Positions 58,445 through 64,000 of a DNA stretch of 64,000 nucleotides are shown here, piece by piece (the stretch's first letter is position 1; every line of letters begins with the position of its first letter). The stretch covers positions 792,648 through 856,647 of the forward strand of contig KV454016.1 of NCBI GenBank assembly GCA_001661245.1. The letters run 5' to 3'. The notes under the pieces are model-generated. The model searched no databases, was not told the origin of the DNA, and was given only the letters and a program-made list of their open reading frames with translations. Both the position numbers and the translations under genes were made by a program. The stretch comes from Pachysolen tannophilus NRRL Y-2460. Taxonomy: Eukaryota.

Positions 58445-58998
58445 CCAGACTCAATTTTTCGGGGCTTGCAGGAAATAAATATGATGCACTAAAAGTCTGG
58501 AATCTCAAAAATCAAACAGTTAGTTAAAGCCTTGAAGTATATAGCAATTTTATTCATATTTTCTATTTTTTTATTTTCCTACTACACAAGAAGAGGGTGA
58601 ATTCAATTTATATATAGTCTTTTTATTTGTCTTTTTTTTACTTTTTTTTTTTTTTTTTTTTTTTCATTTCTACATTCATCTTTTACTAAGTAAAATTTTC
58701 ATTACTTTCTATTACTTCGATAAGTTGTAGTTCATAATCGAAAAAAAGAGTATATGTATATAATCGCACAATGATAAAAACAAATAATAAATGAAATTAA
58801 TTAAGTTGAAAGTAAAAATGAAGTTTGACAAATACAATAATATACTATTATGAAAAATGATGACATAACCAGGCAGCGACATATGAATGAAGAATTGAAA
58901 AAAATTAATGGTGAAGTTTTTTGTAAAATCCATAAACTTATTGAAATCGATACACCGAATTCTCACCAAATCAATAATACGATACAAGCTGTTGTAGA

Positions 58999-59238
58999 AT
59001 GATATTTAATGATACTAAATTTGTGCTTTTGTTTATTTTTAATCTTCCAGTTTTCCTTATTTCAATTTATATTATAACTCTAATTCTTTTCGCATTCAAA
59101 TATTTTCTTTTGTTTTGTCTTCCGCCCATCTTTTACTATCAAGAAATATATGATGATATTCAATATTCAATCAAACCAGAATATAGAAAATACATAAATA
59201 AAGAACATAACCTCGCACCTGAAAAAATGAAAATTTAA
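58999..59238 (+). CDS. Possible small membrane protein (79 aa)
   Basis: ATG start, hydrophobic N-terminal half and charged tail, downstream of promoter-like DNA. May be spurious in T-rich sequence. Confidence 0.25.
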   Translation: MIFNDTKFVLLFIFNLPVFLISIYIITLILFAFKYFLLFCLPPIFYYQEIYDDIQYSIKPEYRKYINKEHNLAPEKMKI

Positions 59239-59373
59239 AACCGAAACAAAAATAAGAACTTGGAACCACTGTTTTTGGATTTTTATATTTTAGGATATAT
59301 TTTCTTTCCTAATTTTTTTGAAGTTTTCACATATTTAGCCTAACTTTTGAAAACGCTTTCTTTTTAAGTTTTT

Positions 59374-59404
<31 letters not shown>

Positions 59405-59544
59405 CTAGTAACTAGATGATACTGCAACGTACATTTGATGACAACTTCAATAAAACAAACAATAGACAAAAACGAAACGTGCTATAACCGTTGGTTTGAT
59501 TGTATACGGAGATAAAAAATATAAAAACTGAAAAATATAACTAT

Positions 59545-62112
59545 TCAGACATAATAATTATTAGGAGCATTAACATTTGAAGTTTGCTGCTGCAAAGGGT
59601 TAAACAAATTTAAAGATTGGTTAAAATTGCTATTATTGTTGTTAGCACCAAAATTCATGTTTGGTTTACTGAAACTTGAACTATCAATATAACCATTACC
59701 AGAAGGCATCTTACGTTGGCTTGTATGTTGCTGTTGTTGCTGCTGCTGCGATTGATAACCATCTCCATTAATTAAAATGTTGTTCAAATTATTGTTACTG
59801 TTTAAAATAGTAGATATCTTTGATTGAATTCTTCTACCAAATGGAGTCGTTTTGATAACTGGAATCAAAGGTTTAATAGACTGAATTAACTTTAATTTGT
59901 AGTCATCATTGGAGATATCCAAAGAAGTTTGAATAACATAGTTACCAAATTGATCTTTGATTAAAGTCTGTAAATTATTTGGTTTCAAAATCTCATCCAA
60001 AATCAAACATCTTGCATGATCATTTGGGGAATTCTTTAAACATTTCTCAACAACATTCGAAGAAAATTTTTGAATTGATAAAATCGTAATTGATGGTAAA
60101 ATCTTGATAATCAAGTTTTCATTGATGGTCAAATTGTTCATCGATAATAAGTATTGAACTACATAATTACCAAACTGATCTTGCATTAAGGTAATTGATT
60201 TATTGATGATTTCGTCACCTAATTGGACCAACTGGTTCTCGTTACAATTATTGAGACATTTTTGTAAAACACAACAACCATGCTTATGCGTGGAGATTTT
60301 AACAATATTAGAACATATTGAACCAATAATAAATTGGAAATCATTATTTGCAAATTTATTGATACATTTTTGAATAACATGGTTACCATTTAAATCTTGG
60401 ATTAATTCAACAACGTAATTTTTCAACGAATCTCTAATTATTGAAATTTGATAATCGGTTGAAATACAATCAATCATTTTCTGTAATGCCCTAGTACCAT
60501 GCTGATTTAAAGCAATCGAATACAAATTTTTCGAAGCATTTTTAATCAACATATCTTTTTCCATATTGGAACAATAATCCAAGATTTTTTGGATAAGATA
60601 ATTACCAAAAGGATCAATCATAAGTTCAAAAGAATGCAAATAAATTTCACTAAAGATGACTTTAAAATTTTCCTTATTGTCTTCATCAATCTTTTTTTGT
60701 AAAAAACGACAACCATATTGATCTTTAGATAAATTCAAGATTTCTTCCCTCAAAGATTCAAATGGAACTGAATTTAACCTGAAAATCAAATCTCTTTCAA
60801 TATTTTTCTTACTTGGAGTCGTTGCAGTAGCAGTGTTTTGATCAATGTTACTTAAAACTGAATTTGATCTATAAGGTAATGGTTCAGTTGATCTTCTTCC
60901 AGTACCATTAGCACTAATCATGAATGGGGTACCAATTCCTCCCTGTTGAGCAAGAATGTAACTGCTATTTGGAGCAGGTTGATGATGTTGTTGATGTTGT
61001 GACTGTGACTGAGACTGAGACTGTGCAGGGGTCAGAGGAGGGGCCTGTTGCAGCTGTTGCAGATTTTGTTTTTGTTGCAAATGTTGATGCAGAGCATGCT
61101 GAGGTTGTTGTTGTTGCTGGATAGGAAGTTGATAGTTTAAATTCATCGATGCAAATTTATAATCCAAATCAATATTAGATTGTAAATCGTTCATGTTCAT
61201 ATTATTATTTGGAGTAGCAGTTGCAGCACCAGTTGCAAAATTAATACCAGGTTGTAATTGGGGCATTGACATAACTCTTTTTTGCTGCATAAACGATGGA
61301 GGTGGTTGTGGGATAGCTTGACCATCGTTAGAATTCATAAACAAATCAAATTTTGAAACCGATCCAGATCCGGAATTATGATTATGGGTATTATGAGGAT
61401 GAGAATTATAACTATAATTATTCTCATTTGTGGTGAAAATATTCATATTTTGTTGAAGTGCAGCTGCAGCCGCGGAACTGTTATATAATGGTGGTGATCC
61501 ATTATTGCTTCCGCCATTAGTATTAACATTTCCATAAGTATACCCATTTGCAATTCCGGTCGTATTTCCGGTAATAGTGGTGTTACTTGGAGCATTATTA
61601 CCAAATGGGGAGATATTGCTAAAAGAACCAAATCCACCATTATTCATATTGCCATTACCGCCGCCATTAGCGTTAGCGCTAGCGCTAGCACCAGCACATG
61701 TATTTGCAATGGCATTGTTCAAGCTATTGTTACTCGAAACTAACAAATTATTACTTGAATTTGAATGTGAATGTGAATTGGAATTGGAATTGGAATTAGA
61801 AATGGAAATAGCGGTTGGTTGTACATTCCATGGTGAACTATACTTATGATTACCCGTGGCGTTACCATTGCCTGCAATATGGCTAACACTGGACAAATCC
61901 GGTGGAGTTAACGGCTCGACCATATTTGAAGATTGAAACGACTGGATCGAATTGACCGACAAGTTAGGCTGATGATGTGAGGTATTTGGGTTTGTTAACA
62001 ATGCATCATATTCGTACTATCATATTAATTTCAATGAGTAAGTGAATCGGTTAGTATGGGGGTGGTTCTTCATTCCAACGGCGCTTGTTCAAATCAGATC
62101 ATAACTTACCAT
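59545..62112 (-). CDS. MPT5: Pumilio-family RNA-binding protein Puf5/Mpt5-like; exons 62112-62110 (ATG) and 62016-59545 (824 aa)
   Basis: Eight PUF repeats (DQYGCRFLQK, FGNYLIQK, HGTRALQK, NGNHVIQK, HGCCVLQK, FGNYVVQY, FSSNVVEK, FGNYVIQT) of the Puf4/5 type. Neighbourhood and start-codon intron favour MPT5. Confidence 0.82.
62017..62109 (-). other. Spliceosomal intron directly after the MPT5 start codon (93 nt)
   Basis: ATG|GTAAGT, TACTAAC at 62050-62056 and first downstream AG at TAG|TAC, in frame with the long ORF. Confidence 0.92.
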
Positions 62113-62973
62113 ATTGGCCTATCTTATAAAAGAACTAAAGAGGAAAATATGAGTGACTATGGTAATAGTACTAAATATAATAAAACAAGTAATGATACAA
62201 AAGAAACCAAACAAAAGAAGAAGAAAAAAAAAAGGTAAAGTGAATTGCTCAAACGCTGATGGAAAACAAAAAGGAAAAAAAAAAAAAAAGAATAAAATTA
62301 AAAGTGTTTCTCTATAATGATTATGATAATGGTAATTGAAATGGAAATGGAAATGACAAGTCTCTAAAAGTTATTGTTATTATTAGCGGTTAATTAATAA
62401 GGGGTAGTATATATATAGTTTATATATATATATATATGAGAAATATATATATATATATGCCTATAATATGTGGTATATATCACTACTGCTTTTTTTTTTT
62501 TGTGTGTGAGTGTGTGTATGTGTATATGTGTTTATGTGTGTGTGTCTGCTGTCAATATAAAGAGAAGAAAGAAGTTAAAGAAATAATATAAAGTAAATCA
62601 AGTGGAATGCAAATGATCTTTATATATATATATAAATAGAAGAATTAATCTAGAATCTATGATTTCTTAAAAAAGTTTACTTGGAGACAATTTGGCTTGA
62701 TTTGAGGAATATTAAAAGAAGAAAAAAAAAAAAAAAAAAAAAAAAAAGATTAATCATATTACCTTATTATTTACCATTGGTAAAACCTTTTGAATAGCGC
62801 AGTACAAGAATGTTTTAGAAATTTTTAGTTTACTCAGTGTTTTCTTTTTTTTTTTTTAATTTAACTTTTACGTACAAGTATATTTATTATTATTATTATT
62901 ATTGATTTTAAAGGTTTTCGTTTTTTTTTCTGTTTTACCCTTACGTAAATTTATACGAAAGGGCAAATACAGT

Positions 62974-63007
62974 TACAGATTGTACAGATGGTACAGATGG
63001 TACAGAC
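62974..63007 (+). repeat. Short tandem repeat (GTACAGATG-like, about 4 copies)
   Basis: ttacagattgtacagatggtacagatggtacagac. Confidence 0.7.
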
Positions 63008-64000
63008 AAAAGAAATTGGCAGAGTAGTTAGTTAGTTTATTAATTAGTTAGTTAAGTTAGTTGTAAAAAAAAATATTATTATTATTTTATTCCAACGTGC
63101 TTCAAGATAAGATCCTGGAGATGGGTGACATACGAATGAAAAGGACAGACAGATTTGATTAATTATTTGGTATTATCAGTTTTTAAGTCTTAAGAGAGAT
63201 AGACTGATTTTTTTTTTTCTTTCTTTCTTTTTTGTCACTTTACTAGCTTGGTATTATAATTTGAAAACATGTATGTCCTAAAATGACAGAAAAAGATAAA
63301 AACCTCTCTTAAAAATAATACAATAGAAGTTAGTTAGTACTGTGCGATTTTCTTTCGAGCCCATAAAAAAAAAAATTTTTTTTGTTTTTTTTTTTGGTTT
63401 GGAGATTTTGATCTGTCCCGCACTACCATCATATATATTGAATTTCTGCTTTTTTTTTTTTTTATTTTCGCTCACGGTCCCATAAAACCGTACATATAGC
63501 AAATCTCTCTCTGTACATAATTTTTTTCTTTGTAAAAACTGTTGTAGTACGATTAGATCCCTGGTTTAAAGTAAGCAAAATAAAAAATAAAAAAAATAGG
63601 TTGGATCATATATAATACAATACCGGTTGTATCAGTTTGTTTGTTTTTTTTGTTTTCAATCTGTTTTTTATCTGTTTTGCAACACTTGTTAATAGCCTCT
63701 CCATGACTTGAATAAAATCAATAGATAGCTTAAAGTAAATCATTTAATCCCGAAAAAAAAATGTATGCTGCTTAGGCTGCATATAAGTAAAGCTACACAT
63801 GTCCAACTCCATGTCCATGTTGTATGTCCATCATGTCCATGTCGTGTCTTATGTCTTATGTTTAATGTCAGTTTTGAATCAAGTAAGATCCAATTTAATT
63901 AAGTCATATCCTGTGATTTCCTGTCTTTATTATTTCTCGCTCATCTTCTGTTTGGTCTTTTTTTTTTTTTTTTTTTTGTCTTTTTTACAATCATGAAACT

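Noticed and set aside
58712..58987. 91-aa minus-strand ORF; also a search for an a-factor gene near the Mcm1 site
   Set aside because: The ORF has a TTG start and low-complexity composition, and no short ORF ending in a CAAX motif was found.
63799..63860. ATGTCC-like repeats and a 65-aa ORF at the window end
   Set aside because: Degenerate simple repeat with no evidence of coding or telomeric function.

Overview
AT-rich budding-yeast (Saccharomycotina) nuclear DNA with two assembly gaps and about 22 protein-coding genes: a MedA-like regulator, IML1, HOM6, a KTR mannosyltransferase, IPA1, a UFD1/zinc-finger/AZUL protein, a small Cys-rich membrane protein, RPT6, eIF4G, KNS1, a C2H2 factor, COX19, an orphan membrane protein, NUP49, XRN1, BUD13, SWI4-like, AGC1, SAE2, SDD4-like, NSA2, LCP5 and MPT5/PUF5. 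The strongest signal is that CTG is probably not read as Leu. It occupies the Ala of AGC1 GVAPEKAIKL and forms CTG runs inside poly-Gln tracts, so CUG=Ala (Pachysolen-type code) is favoured, though Ser is not excluded; if so, the supplied translations are wrong at CTG. Six 5'-proximal spliceosomal introns missed by the ORF track were reconstructed. Other leads are an uncharacterised UFD1-zinc finger-AZUL protein in a ubiquitin-proteasome neighbourhood, a candidate Atg39/CCPG1-like autophagy receptor, an altered Sae2 phospho-motif, and a promoter-like island followed by five ATGA-chained small ORFs between convergent genes. No tRNA, rRNA or transposon was recognised. All family calls are from remembered motifs, not database searches.
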